Shown: in pieces, positions 50,313-64,000 of the stretch
Layout: every line of letters begins with the position of its first letter
Position numbering within the stretch: the stretch's first letter is position 1
Assembly: GCF_009834535.1 (NCBI RefSeq)
Contig: NC_045696.1
Coordinates: forward strand, 66,342,001 to 66,406,000
From: Camelus ferus
Lineage: Eukaryota
DNA: 64,000 nt
Reading direction: 5' to 3'
Translations under genes and position numbers: made by a program
Notes under the pieces: generated by a model
Databases searched by the model: none
Seen by the model: the letters and a program-made list of their open reading frames with translations, nothing else
Told to the model about the DNA's origin: nothing

Positions 50313-52689
50313 TGAAAGTACAGAGAATTAACCAAATAGAGGTTTGTCTCATATAACAAGTCATGCAGAGGTAGGTAAACCAGGGATGGCATGAAGAATC
50401 TGTAACATCATCAATAACCAGGTATATCCCATCTTCTTACTCTATCATCCTCAATGTGTGGCTCCATTCTCATGGCTACTTTATGGCCTCAACAATACTA
50501 CTCAGTCTTCACCCTTATTGCCTTATTCAGTGGAAAAAGGAAAACATAGGAATGATAAATATAAAATTCACTATAATATTTCTTCTGGAAGAAGACAGTG
50601 CTGGGATGGATGGAGAACTTACAGGCATATTGATGTCGGTTATGTTCTAGTCCTTGGGTTAGGTAGTGAGTAAGGACATTCATTACACAATTGTTATTCT
50701 TTAAAACTTACATACATTACATAATATTCCTTGTTTTGTATCAAATAGTGTATTAGAGAAGACAATAAAGAAATATGTTATAAAACAAGGAAATTCTCAG
50801 CCGACTTCCATTTTAATGTCTCATTGAATAAAATGGTGTTTCTACAGTCACATCCAGCAACAAGTGAAACTGGAGCATTTGGTTTCACAGGTGGGCACAT
50901 CACTGTCCCTGAAATCAGAGTTTGCCTGCCTCATTAGCTACATCACCTTGACCAACTTAGTAATATCTCTTAGCCTCAGTAATAATATGTGTCCAACTTA
51001 ACCCACAGGATTTTAGTGGACATCAAATGACATGAAACTCATGAATGCCCTTTGTAAACTGAAAATATTGAACAAATATAAGGGATTATGGTTCTTAGGC
51101 ACAATTCTTTTGAGGAAATGAAAGACTTTATTTTGATTATTTCAAGTACACAGTTGGCTGGGTAAAGTTTTTTTCTCTGATTTCATATATTAACCTATTT
51201 CAGTGTCTGTCTTCCAGAATGATATATAGACTCAGCATTGAGAGCCCCTGTTACAGACTTAAGAAGCCAGGTTATCATAGTACATCAATATAGACAAGCA
51301 CAATTTATGATAATGTGCCTTTTTTTTTAACAAAAGGATAAAATAGAAAATGTAGATACAATAAAAATAACATCTAGATGCAGCAATGTTACTACATATT
51401 TTACTTCTTTCTAAGATGCTGGAAACAAAGCAATTTTGCTGAAATGTTCAGTAAAACTATCCTCTATTCAATTCAACATTTATTTAGTGCTTACTGTGTG
51501 CCAAATCCTGACCCAAACAGAATTGGTATAGAGAGATGAGTAAAATGTAATCTTTGCTTCAGGACCACCTCTTTGCAGAAACTCAGATGGGCACCGTTCT
51601 CATCATAACCTCCATGAATGATGCATCCTAGAAGCTGTGCAGTGTATATAGCCCAGAAGGCCACATGCAGGAGTCTTAAAAACAGAAATTATGGGGAATA
51701 AAACCATAAAAATAAATCAAATAAGACACAAGTCAGTTTTGTGAGAAGAACCTTGAATGACTGCTGATAATCAGGGGGAAATGACTAATTTCATATTTTT
51801 CAGATTGGTAAAAATCTTAAAATCTAAATATACCAAGGGTTGACTTGGATTTGAAGAAAGAAGTTCTCACCTGCATTTACAAGTGTAAATTGGTAAACCG
51901 CTATCGAGAGCCAATTTTAAAATGTCTAGTAAAGTTGATCCCTTCCCTGCGATTCAGCAATGCTAACCTGAGATATACCCTGCTTCCATTTCTGTGTCCT
52001 GTAGTCTATTGTCCAAATAGTAACAGTAGGGAGCCTTTGAAGACGTAAGTTAGGTAATTCTCCTTCTCTCTACAATTCACAGTCCTCCAAAATTTCCAGC
52101 TAACTTAAAATAAAACCTGGCACTACCTTCCTACATTCATACCTTACCACTTTCCTCCTAAATCATCTTGCTCCAACCACTCTGGTCTCTTCGCTATTTC
52201 TGTGACACAATAGGTAAGTTTCTTGAATTTATTGTTTTTTCTTCCAGCATCACTTTTCTCCCAGAAAAATCACAAATATCACCATATCAGAAAAGACTTG
52301 TCTGATCACCCTATCACCCTGTTCCTTTGTTCTGCTTTATTTTTCCTTATAACGCAACGAGAATGTCAGAATATTATATATTTAGACATGTGTTAGAGTA
52401 TTACCTAACCATCCCACTGGATAAATACTCTATGAAAGCAGGGGGTTTATGTAGTTATGTATTCTCTATGTTTGTTCCTTACTGTGTCACAGATAGATAG
52501 GACCACGATGCCTACCCCATGGTAGAGCTCAAATAATAATTAGTAGATGCATTAATTAGAATAATAAATAGTGATTAGTTCAAGGTAGAACAAGTTGAAT
52601 CCAAGAGACTCCATTCTTTTTGTTATAATTATTATTAGGAAAGAAAACTTTCTTTTTCTAGAAGATGCTAGATGGAAAGAGAAAAGCCT

Positions 52690-52910
52690 AGAACCAAATA
52701 TAAATGAGTAAATAAAGCCAACTCTGTGAGGAAAGCAGGGCTGCAAGATGGAGAGAAATGGAGTCTGACAACATAATTCCAGCCCCTAGTTCCAGCCATA
52801 CCTCGAGTTAGTTATAACTGGACTTTTCAGTTATGTGCACCAATAAATTTCTTGTTTTCTTGATGCATTTCAACCTGAATTTCTGACATTTGCTTCTGAA
52901 AGAGTCTGGA
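52690..52910 (+). mobile_element. Old MaLR LTR 3' part (MLT1I/J-like)
   Basis: tccagccatacct...tggacttttcagttatgtg..ccaataaattt...gaaagagtc. Confidence 0.65.
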
Positions 52911-54939
52911 CTTGTATAATCATCAATCTTCTCATATACAAACAGGTCAATTGAGATCTGGAAAAAAAGGAAGAGTTTTGACCAAACTCACAAAATTAAT
53001 GATGGAGCCAAGACTTAATTTTGGATCTCTGAGTCCAAATTCTGATCTTTTTTCACTCTGTTTCTTAGCTGGCTGTGCAAATACATTCAAACCCTCCCGT
53101 GGTCTCAGGTGGTTGTTGTACATTTACAAAACAGCCGAGTATTCAAGCCAGGAATCCTAGGAAATTAAGTAGGTTGAGATGAACTTCCTGGGTTATTTAA
53201 TCTTTTAAAATTTAAACTGCTACCTCACCGTAGGGGAGTCCAGCTCAGAAACAAGAAAAAAACATCCCTCTAAGGAAAATGTCAGGATTAATCCTCTAAA
53301 TCTAACGTAAGTTTATAAGTTTGCTAGAGAAAGAAAATCGCTTTTATAAAGACTTGTTTTTCCTCATAAAACTTGTAACATTCATGCTTTTTCCCCACAG
53401 TTTATTGCAAGTCATAAATCCTTTAATTCCCTGCAACCCGGTGAATGTAACCCGACCATTGTTTCTGTGCACTGCTGTGACCCTGACAGACCCCACGAGT
53501 TCAGTCTTGGGACTGTCAGAGAATTACAAGAAAATGTCTAGCTCAGTACCTGGAACATAGTAGGCATTTTTAAAAACCTGAAGTATAGTCAGTTACAATG
53601 TGTCAGTTTCTGGTGTGCAGCATCATAGTAGGCGTTCTGATACCTTCTATTCCTGACATATGAACACGGATGTGTCTTGTCTAAAGCACTGTAAAAGTTT
53701 GCAGAGGAGTTCTCTTAATTTTTATAATTTTCAAGGTCTGAGACGACCACTTCTACTGGATTCCCATGTTTTTAATACATATTAGAAGAAAATTAAAATT
53801 AATCTAGAAAAGAACAGCCTCCACATTAAATTTTAATGTTATTGGAGAAGAAAAAACATGAAATTTTGTGATAGAATTTATCTTTAAATTCTCATATTTA
53901 TTACTTTTTATTGCAGTTTTAGAGACATTTTCAAAAACTCTAGTTAATCTAATTTTCATAAGCAATGTGGTTTATGGTTTATATTAAACTATTTATTATG
54001 GTGGGAACAATGTGAGTAAAGCCTGAATCTGTAAGAAACAATTACTTGGTTGTTGGGACAAAATTAGATTAAAAAACGTTCTTCAGGTGGATGTTAGAGA
54101 TTTTTTTAATTAAAAGATAAAAGTAATATTTATTGAAAAATCATTTGCATGAATATGGCATTATTTAACTCTTGAAGGAGTTTATCTATTCACCCAATTT
54201 CAACAAGGTGTGTTGAAACTTGTTTTTGCTATTAATGGCTTTTGAACTCTCTTTTATTTAAAAAAAAAAAGTAAGTTAAAAGCATGCGTTGTTCAGAAAA
54301 ATCAAAAATGTTAAATTAATTTATATCTATACTGAAATTTTAAAGCATATGTTTCACTTTAACTATTAATACATTGTCCTTTGATGCCAATCAACCTTTC
54401 ATTCAGCCAAAATTATAAATGCAGTACGCACAGCAAACTGTATATAGTATGCTCTGAACACTTACCTAATCCTATCAATTTTATTTTTCTTTAAATTGAA
54501 CTGAGCGTCCATCCTGACACAGTCATAAGGCCAGCACTTAGCTTTGTAAAGCTGATAAGACGTGGTTTGAAACTTCAAGTATCTTATAGGGTAGTATTTT
54601 CAGTTGAAAAACTGCCCTCACTGAAAAATCCCCCAGACTGAGGTAAAACTTTCACAGGAAACAACTCTCAAAACAAGATGCAGTTTCCTTTGGTTTCTCC
54701 TTCATGATTTGCCATCAATTCCCTTTCAACCAAAACCCATCTAAAGCCATATCAAATATAAAACTCCAGACTCAATGTATTTCACATACTCCAGGCTTGA
54801 TACACAGCTTGATACCCCTAACATCTCTAAAGGGACGTTTAATAAGAATCTCAGACTACACAAGAGCAAAAATAAACCCTTGATATCAAAGCAAACAAAA
54901 CAAAAACCTGAGAAGTCCCCTCTCTGCTCAGTTTGACTG

Positions 54940-55880
54940 CAACCCTGTTTCATCAGTGCTCTGGGCCAAAGCCTTGACAATATCCTTGACTTTTTACTCT
55001 TTATCTCTCACACTACATCCAATCCATTATCAGAGCCTGTTAGCTATAGTCCAAAAGTTATCTCAAATCGAATCACTTCTCACCACCTTACTCCAAGTCA
55101 CATAGCCTCTCATTTGGATTAGTCATATTTCATTGGATCTTTTTATTGGTCACCAGGCTTCAATCCTCATTCACGCACGGTCTGATTTTCAGACAGCAGC
55201 ATGATTATCCTAAAACCCAATTCATATCATGTCATTCTTCTGTTCAAACCCATCCAAGGCTTTTACATCTCACTAGGAATAAAACTCAAATCCTGTACCT
55301 TGACCCCTTACCTGTAAGGCTCTATATATTATATGACCTTCAGTTACCTCTCTGATATCATCTCCTCTCCCTGCCTCATTCTTTGTCACCCACAAAGATC
55401 TCCTTGCTATTCCTCACATACAAAAAGCATATTCCCAACATAGGATATTTGGATTTACCATACCATCTGAGCAGACAGTTCCTCCCCCAGATATCCACAT
55501 GGTTTATTTCCTCATTACACTCAAGTTTTTACTCAAATGTCACCTTGTTGAAGAACCCTTCCTGACCAACTTAAAAATATAACCCAGTCCTTCATCACTC
55601 TCTAACATCTTACCAGCTTTTTATTCATAATTTTTATCACCAACATATATATATATTTATTTATATATCTAAATATATAACATGGATATTATATATTTCT
55701 ATAAATATAAAGTCTACTATATATATATATATGTATTTGTTTGTGTGCATATCTTTTATCTCCCTAACAAAATGCAAGCTCCATGAAACTAGAGAATTTT
55801 TCTGTTTTGTTTACTGCTGTACCTCTGGTTTCCACAACTGTGCCTGTCCCAGAGCAGATAATTCAACAACTTCTTAATTA
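54940..55880 (+). mobile_element. L2 fragment
   Basis: atccttgact...catccaatccat...ctcaaatgtcacctt...aagctccatga...tgttttgtttactgctgt. Confidence 0.8.
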
Positions 55881-57417
55881 ATTAGTAATTAACTTTTCTT
55901 CTTTTCCTTTAACACTGTCTTATACTGTGCTTCAATGATTCCTAAAAAAAAACTGTAACAATTCTTTATTTCTGATTTTTCGACACACATCCTCTGTGTA
56001 AGATAGAAGTGACATCACATCTCTACCCCTTGTGAAGTGGCAAAGGTGTAGAATGAATAAAAGATTAAATATCATCCTTTGTTACACCTTTGTAGAATTC
56101 CAGGGATAAACTGACCACCAGGAAGGGAGCTACAGAAATGAAAATAGTGAAGACAAAGACAGTGTTTCTTCTTTGCTCAAAATTCTCTTCCACTTAGGAA
56201 TGAGATGCTTGAGGTCAAATGGTACAAGCTAGCCTAGCTGAATCCTCTTTCCAGCATCCTGGACATGTGGTCAACCCTTCTACCTCCAAAGACAAGAAGC
56301 ACACTGCAACGCAGGGCTGCAGACAGTATACGTCAGAAAGTTCTCCCAGGTAAGCTCCGTCCTCTGGAGCATCTTTCAGAGGCCATATTCCACGTATCGC
56401 TAGAGAGTTTTTACTGTCAAGTCCCCAAAGAACTAGCTTCCAGGTCCTCTTTCAGTTTTGATCCTAACCAAGTATAAAAATCTGTCATAATTTCTGAAGC
56501 TCAACATTAAGTTCTACTTTCTCTGCCAAACTTCAAGGCCTTGGGGCAACATTGTCAGTCTTTCTATAATCATGACTCAGCTCCCAGATCACAGAAAAGA
56601 GACACTGAGAACCTCCCAGGAGAAACTCTTTTGTCGTGAACCTACACCAGGGCTAGATTACGTGAGAGGCTTGCCAGTGCTGATGAACAGTAATGCCACT
56701 CACAGTTCTAAGAATGAGGCGCCACCTGCGTTGACATGAGCTTTCTCACTCTCTAATCAGTCAGGAATTCACAATGACACTTAAATAGCTTCGTGATTAA
56801 GTTCATTTCCTCTTACTTAATTTTGTGACCTTGATGAGGTCATTAATCCTCTCTAAGACTCAATTTCCTCAGCTTTACTTGAGAATAATAACTACCTAAA
56901 TCATTGGATTGTTGTTAGCATTAAACAAATAGTCATACTTCCTGGTCCTCGTAGTCACTCAGTAACATTACCCACTAATACAGGACATAGGAAAAATCAG
57001 ATATAGGTTTATTTTCTAGAATTCTTTGCTATTTCTCCAGTGAAAGTTCTCACTTAGAAGTAAAAATAACTAAAAGGTAAGGCTTCTCAGAATCGGAAGA
57101 AAACTTTGAATTATTGATCATTCAAAGGAAATTTTTATAAATTACTTTGCACATATATGTTTCTAGTAAAAGGTAAACATGTACTTGAAGACATTCCACT
57201 TAATAAATAATAATACCATAATCAGGAAACATTTTTATTCAATTATCTAGACAATTTGATAACTTCAATATTAATACAAACAGTTATCCTTCCTGGTAAC
57301 ACTGGGTATGTCAGATATGAGATTGGATTTTGGGAAAAATGGGTTGGGTCTTCTCAATGTGATAAAGGGAATCATAAAATTAGTCTTTACCAGTTCTTCA
57401 GCACAATCATCCCAGTG

Positions 57418-58295
57418 TAGTGGTTTTCAAAGTTTAATGCTCAATCTTCTGGGGAACACTGAGACATACTCAGGGGTTTTCTGAAGTCAAAACTATTTTT
57501 GGAGTTCTACTCAGATGTTATGTGTCATTTACACTGATGTTACAAAAGTACTGGGTGGTGAAATTTCTGGTATCTAAGCGTGAATTAAGGCTCTGACACC
57601 AAAATGTATTTGTTGTCACTGTATTCTCTGCCCCATCAGTGTAGTTTATTTATCAAAGAATGTCCCTTTATGAACCACTAAGAATTATTAATTTTATTAA
57701 ATCTCAACCCTTGACTGCATGCTTTGTCAATATCCTGTGTGAAGAATGAGAAGCGCGGGCCAAGCACTTCTCTGGCACACCGAGGTACGGTAGCTGTCTC
57801 AATGCAAAGTGCTTGTGTGACTATTTGAGTTGCAAACTGAACCAGCTGCTTTTTCCACGGAACACCATTTTTACTTGAAAGACTGATTGAAAGACAAACT
57901 ATGGTTAATAACTCTCAGGTATTATGCAAACATTTCTTTGAAAATAAAAGAAATGAGAAAAAATGGAATATCTTGCATATCTGTCACTTTAAGGAAAACA
58001 ACTGAGAACATTTGTTGCCTGCGGTAAAATCTGCACTTTCGAATGAAAATGTACATCTACTTGCAGCTTGGAAAATGTGTATCTGCCATCATGAACTTGA
58101 CAGCTTTTCAGTGTTTAAAGATTTTTTAAAATGAGATTGGTGATATTAATAAAGGTGATTTGTTAATATTGTGGAATGAAATATACCATCCACTTGTAAT
58201 ACTGTATAAACTTGTAAACTAATATTTTACAAATATCCAATGCATAATGTTACAAAATCATGCATGGATAAAATATTGATGCCAAATGCAAGATA
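57418..58295 (+). mobile_element. Charlie1-like hAT DNA transposon with transposase remnant
   Basis: Degraded frame reading IINFIKSQPL...NILCEE...LWHTEVR*LS, matching the hAT/Buster-Charlie HTEVRWLS motif; tagtggttttcaaagt terminus; followed by a minus-strand L1 piece (~58300-58470). Confidence 0.8.
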
Positions 58296-60109
58296 TTCCA
58301 TTTTTTTTTATACACCATAGTTCTTTATCCATTCCCCCAAGGGTAGACATTTGGTATTTCTGTATCTTGGATGTTGTGAATAATGCTACAATAAACATGG
58401 GAGCTCAGCTATCTTTTTGAGGTCCTGATTTTAGTTCCTTGGTTAACCACTGAAGGGTGGAGTTGCTGTATCCATCTCAATAGTTGGTTCAACTTACTCT
58501 TCATGCATTTTCTATCAAATTATTTGCACCTTCTCTTCAGATTCCTGGCTCTGCCAAGTCCCCTGATTGTTCCCTCCCTGGTTTTCAGTGATTCCCTGTG
58601 TAGAATATCTAGTTATTTTCTTACTCCTGGTGCGGGAGTGTACCTCGTAATAGCTTTCTTGTCAGTTTTCAGAGATTGTATACAGGTGAAGATGATGCTT
58701 TGGGGCTTCTCTGATACAATGTAACTGTTTAATAACTCTTTAGCTCATATCAAACTCTCATTCTATTCTAGTTTGATAATATTCACATTACAATTGTCTA
58801 CTCAAATCCTGGAACTTTTGTAATTACATATTAACTTTTTCTGATTCATTAAATACAATTTTTCCCCACAAATCTGTTGGAGGTTTTAGTGTATGTGAAA
58901 TGTCAATATGTACCAGGAAGGTGAATTTGCTTGGAATTCAGTGTTGCTAGAGCTAATTAATTGTTACTAAAATTAAAAAATGAAAGGATCTTATAACTGT
59001 GCTGAAGAGTGCCCTATATTCTCTGTAGTCCTTTCAGGAACTAGCACAAAGCCATATCCATGATAAGCACTTAAATAATGTCTCTTTACTGGTCCATAGA
59101 GATACTTTTATCATTAGATAGTTGGATTATTTATTAATAAGGTTGATTTTGCTATCTTTTTCTCACATTGATACTAAAGTTAAAATTTTATAAAACAGTG
59201 GTAACAGAAGCATTGGTGGCAAGGTTCTGGCTCTTGGCTGATGATTTATCAGGCAACAGCTAAGAAGAACAGGTCTAGTGAGCTGAGTCTCTTGTCCTCT
59301 CCACTTCATCTCTCCTTAAATGCAGCGGCAGCTGCATGGGACAAGCCTGCAGCCATTTGTCTTGGCTCATGAATCACACCACATCTTAATCTCTACCTTT
59401 GTTCAGATATGTTGAATTTAAAGGCATATATTTGGACTGGCTAATTGTAGAAATTCACAAAGTATTTTTTCAAGTAATTAACACACACGCACACGCACGC
59501 GCACACACACACCGTAGCTGCTTGCTATATTAGCTCTCTTATTTCCCTAGTGAGTTGGTCTTTGTAACTCAATACTGTAAAACAATACTCCTTTTCAGAC
59601 TAAAGAGATATCCAGAAGCCGTCTTATTTCATAAATCCTCTGTTCCTTGGTTACATAACTTTGTTTTCTCCTTGCCTCCTGATGACAGTAACCAACAACA
59701 ATAACCATGGCAACCCGTGTCAGTAGCCAATCCCCTTCCTTCTCCGCTGTATGACTTCTAGTCAACTGCTGACTACCCTTTCCTACTTATTAATAATTGG
59801 AGGAACGGTTTGGTTAAACACACAGGGATTATTCTGAGTGGCAGCCTTATGGTTCTGCAGAAACTGCAAAATTAACCCAACCAATAAAAAACGTTGAAGT
59901 TGTTTCCAATACTTTCTTTTCTCTTAATTCTTAAACCTAACCTCTCACTAAGTCATGCTGTTTTTTTCTCCAAAATATACCTCAAATCATCTGTTTCTCT
60001 CCATTTTATCTGCCACTACTTTGGTTTAAGATACTGAACTACTTAAATGCTTCCACACAGGCCCCTCCCTTCGTCATCTATTCCCACTTCCTTTGCCAAC
60101 CCTGGACCT

Positions 60110-60600
60110 ATTACCCTCAGATGCGTCTTTCCGTCTTCCCATGTGCTGCTTGACATTGTAAGGAGGTGACCCTTGCAGATTAGGATAACCAGACTATATG
60201 TCAGCTGACTTGCTGGTTTTGCTAACGAGAGATAGTGGCAAGAGATGGGTGGATACAGAAAGGGAGAAGCCAGTTACTTCCCTACCCTGGGAATCACCTC
60301 TGGCGCTCTCTGCATCTCTTCTGCAATCCAGCTCCCATCCCTCATAGTTCCAGCTTCTGCTAGGAGACCCTGGACTCCAGGCATCAGTTTACCACCTCCC
60401 TCCTTGGTCGCTCCAGCCTTGGTGTGTTAGAGAATTCCAGCTGTGTCTCTGGGTTACCCTGGTCTTACCTGTTGCATTTCAATCCTCTTCAGCAACTGTT
60501 CAACTGTCAACTGACTCTTCCTAGACTGAAATTGTCAGGGAGAGAAAAATCACACAACTATAAACGAGGAATTTTAGGGTCCAACACTGCTCTCCGACTT
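60110..60600 (+). mobile_element. LTR33-family LTR fragment
   Basis: ggaggtgaccct...gagatgggtgg...aagggagaagccag...tccagcttctgctagg...ccctggactc. Confidence 0.55.
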
Positions 60601-61499
60601 CTCAAGACCAGGACTAAATCCAGTAGCACAAAATAACAAAGCTGTTACCATGGGTTCATTGATGAATGTTCTTTGTAAAAGCTAAGAATCCAAGCACACC
60701 ACTGAAACTAAAGAAGGACAGTTTAGAAGGAAAAATCAGCAATATACCTCCAAAACAAACAAACAAAAACCCTGACTATGAATTGTCTCCTCCCCACATA
60801 GACCACTAATGATTGATGTTCATGTGGATTCCCTCTGGTCGTTTCACTCTTTCTTTCTGAATATGGTAACTGGTGGGACCATCTGCATGGGGCCAGACGG
60901 ATTACATCAGGGTAGGTGCAGGTGCGGCAACAGACAAGTGGCATTAAGATGAAAGTCTTCAAAGAGGAAACTCTTTTTTGTTCTGTGCTTGTACAACTAC
61001 TGAGCAAAGAGGACCAGTATGTGCTTCACCTTTAATTGCCAGATTTCTCTGTAGGACACTCAGTTCCCTTTCTGCAGCCTTAGCGGTTTCTCAACAATGC
61101 TGGTGGCCAAAAATCCCTGTATAGTCCAAATGCTTTGAACCACAGCATAATTTTAAAATATACAGGATTTTCTGTTATGTCCCATAGAAATCCTACTATG
61201 GATCTAGCTAGGTCTCCTTTCCTTACAGACTTAATTTGCTGTAAGCTCGTGACAACAAATTGGAAAGGAGCAAAAAGGTCTCAATTGTGTTCGATTAGAT
61301 TCACTATAATATTTATAATCTGATACTTGGGAGGGGAAGACACGGTGGTTTTAAATTGAGGCTCTGACTCTCCTACTACCTGTTCATTTCAAGTCGGGTT
61401 TTTCAGAGAAAGAAATGATTTTTCCAAGAGGTACTTTCACCATAACTTTTCCAGGAAAAGCAAATTCATCTCAGTGTTTGCCCTCGGTGTGGTAATGCA

Positions 61500-61730
61500 T
61501 CTCCGTGGTTAAGAGCATGGACTCTGAGTTTGCGAGATCTGGATGCAAATCCTGGCTCCAGCACTTGGGTGAACTGAATTCCCAGGGCCTCCGTTTCCTC
61601 ACCTCTCCAGCAGGAGTAATAATAGAATCATTGTGAAGAGCAATGGCATATTTGTGTGAAGTGGTTACCGCCATGCTCGACAGCTAAGGAGTTTCACAGA
61701 TGCTAGTGATTCTCTTCTCATTATTATTTT
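61500..61730 (+). mobile_element. MIR SINE
   Basis: gtggttaagagcatggactctg...aaatcctggctcc...cctccgtttcctcacct. Confidence 0.8.
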
Positions 61731-63379
61731 TATTCATAACATGCCTACTTATTTTGTATGAATTTTATTAGAAAATGTCTCCCCCCGTATCAAATAAATT
61801 CCTCCTTCAAGTACTAGGAATGAAATTAAAATCCAGCTTGCTATAATGAATAACTGAACATCTTTATGTAATTGTTTCATTAAGGTCATATACACAGAAT
61901 CTAATAAGGAAGAAATTACTACTCCCCTTTTACAAATATAGAAACGAAGTTTTCAGGAAGGCATGTTGTTCAAATTAAAGTCTTCTGCCTCCAAAGTTCA
62001 CGTTCTTTCAATTCCCCAATGTGATTTGATATGCGTGGGAGCAGCCAAAAAACAACCAAACTGTTCTCACTCTCTCCCCTCCATGCTAGGCAAGCTCCAC
62101 CCTCCTCTCAACCAGCCACGTGATTTTATCCAATGCCTTTCTTCCTCATCATCTCCCATTTTCTCACTTCTCATTTAATATCTCTTTAGTTCCAAACATC
62201 TTGATTCAATTCAATTCAAGTTAGGATAAGAAAGATATAAATATCTTGAAGATGTAATCTAGCTTTTTAAGAAATTTAAAGTTAGAAAAGTTCTCCAATG
62301 ATGATGTCCAGTGGTTAAAAAACAAAACAAGCCAACAGTTAGACAAGAAATACAAGAAAAGTATTACGAAATTGCAAAGAATTGAAAGATCACATCTTGT
62401 TAGGGAATTAAGACAAGCTTTTATGGAGAAGCCTTGAAAGATGGTTTTATCATGAAGTGCCTGAGCAGAGACATCCCAGGAATGGCAGAGATACTTTTGG
62501 GGAACAAGGAATAGTCTGATTTTTCTTAGGATTCTTAATAAGTAGAAGTAGTAGAGTGAGAAAGGGGTTGGGGACGTTTTGTGGAATGTTTAGAATATCA
62601 GCATAAACAATGTACAGCTGATTTGATGGTCAATAAAGAACTCTTTAAGGTGCAGTAGCAGTGTTTATGACTGTATTTTTATGTATTTCCATATATTTTG
62701 CTGCCCAGTTTCAGATTCTACAATATTTAAATGTAAAATATAACAACATTCACAATCTAATCAGAAGATCTAGCCAATTCCTCTACTTAAAATATAAATA
62801 TTTGGGTTATGACTTAAAAGATTTCAGAAATCATTGTTTTTTATGCTTTAAATTATTTGGGGACAAAAGTAAACATATTCATGCCAGTGTGTTTGTATAT
62901 TTATTGGTCTCATTACAAGCCATAACACATGTCAGACGAATAATTCCAATCACATTCTTTTACCTATTGTAAACATAGAGAAAAATTCAAGTGTTTTGGT
63001 ACAATTCACTTGATACAGAGTTGAAGAAATTTCTCTTTTTATCGAAATTCAAAGAGGAAAAGAAGCTATGTTCTGAATTGTGTTACTACCCAAAGGGAAG
63101 ATAAAATACCTTTTTTTTTTAAATCATCAACCGAGAGTTTTATTAGTCTCATAGAGAAAATCCAGCCGTTATAATAAATTCCTGTGGGAAAAAAGTGGAT
63201 CATTTATAAAACAACTGCTTTGCAGAGTGTATACGTTTGCTAATCCACATTTGCAGAGATGCTGACCATGCTAACAATCTGTTCTTCGTTCTATCTACAC
63301 CCATCTTTACAATCACTAAAGTAAAACAAATCTATCTTCCCTCTCTCTTTTCTCTTCCCTTGATAATTTCACCAAGGAT

Positions 63380-64000
63380 CAGCAATTTTACCAGTTTCTT
63401 CCATCAATCAACATTTGACTTTTGGAGGGATCTCCACACTGCATTCATTTATTTGATATTTATATCTAAATTCTCTCCATCTTTCATTTGATTTTATTTG
63501 GATTTAACTTACTATTATTTTTTTAAAAGTTTCTTGAGATGGATGAGCTAAGGGTCATTTGTTTTCTGCCTCATTTCTTTTCTCCTACATGAATTTAAAG
63601 GTAAAAATTTCTCCCTAAGCATAGTTTTCCCTGAATTCTCTATGCTTCAAAATGTAGTATTTATGTTATCATTCAGTTATATGTATGTTCTACCTTTCAT
63701 TTTTATTTCATTGGTCCATGGGCTATTTTAAAGCTCATTTCTTAATTTAAAAAAGTGACAATTTTTTGTTCTAGCTATCTTTTTAAAATCATTATTTTCT
63801 ATTTTAGTTGCATTTTAGTTAAAAGACATTGTGATGTCAGTCCATTGAAATGGACTATGATTTACCTTATGATATAAAATTTGTCAATTATTGTAAATAT
63901 TCCTTCAGTAATTGAAAAAATACATATTCTGAAGTTTGGGGTGTAGTATTTTATGTATATCAATTAGATCAGTTTTTATTTATATTTTTCAAATATTCAT
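63380..64000 (-). mobile_element. Old L1 (L1ME-like) fragment running off the window
   Basis: T-rich ancient L1 ORF2-like text (aatttctccctaagcat, tttcttaattt, tttgtaaatattcc). Confidence 0.6.

Noticed and set aside
57650..58150. Domesticated hAT transposase gene (ZBED/Buster-like)
   Set aside because: In-frame stops (including at the W of HTEVRWLS) and frameshifts; an ordinary Charlie fossil.

Overview
Mammalian genomic DNA, probably camelid (inferred from two vic-1-like tRNA-derived SINEs). The window holds one complete protein-coding gene, claudin-1 (CLDN1), on the + strand. Its four coding exons (30856-31078, 39561-39725, 41982-42066, 43804-43966) have GT-AG introns and splice to 636 nt, giving 211 aa plus stop. 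The gene has a CpG-island promoter and a ~2.5 kb 3'UTR ending near AATAAA 46415. The rest is repeat-rich non-coding DNA: L1, L2, MIR, MaLR/ERVL/ERV1 LTRs, hAT transposons and microsatellites. The most striking structure is a five-layer nested insertion at ~9.07-19.15 kb (L2 > LTR33 > two-LTR ERVL provirus > one-LTR MLT2/ERVL > L1). I found no evidence of a wholly new biological system. The best leads are unusual CLDN1 substitutions, candidate cis-elements (CTCF, tandem GRHL, a FOX/PBX-HOX palindrome, a MIR-embedded miR-29 site), an oddly truncated ERVL insertion and an unexplained 325-bp insert. Repeat family names and orthologue comparisons come from recalled consensus sequences, not database searches.
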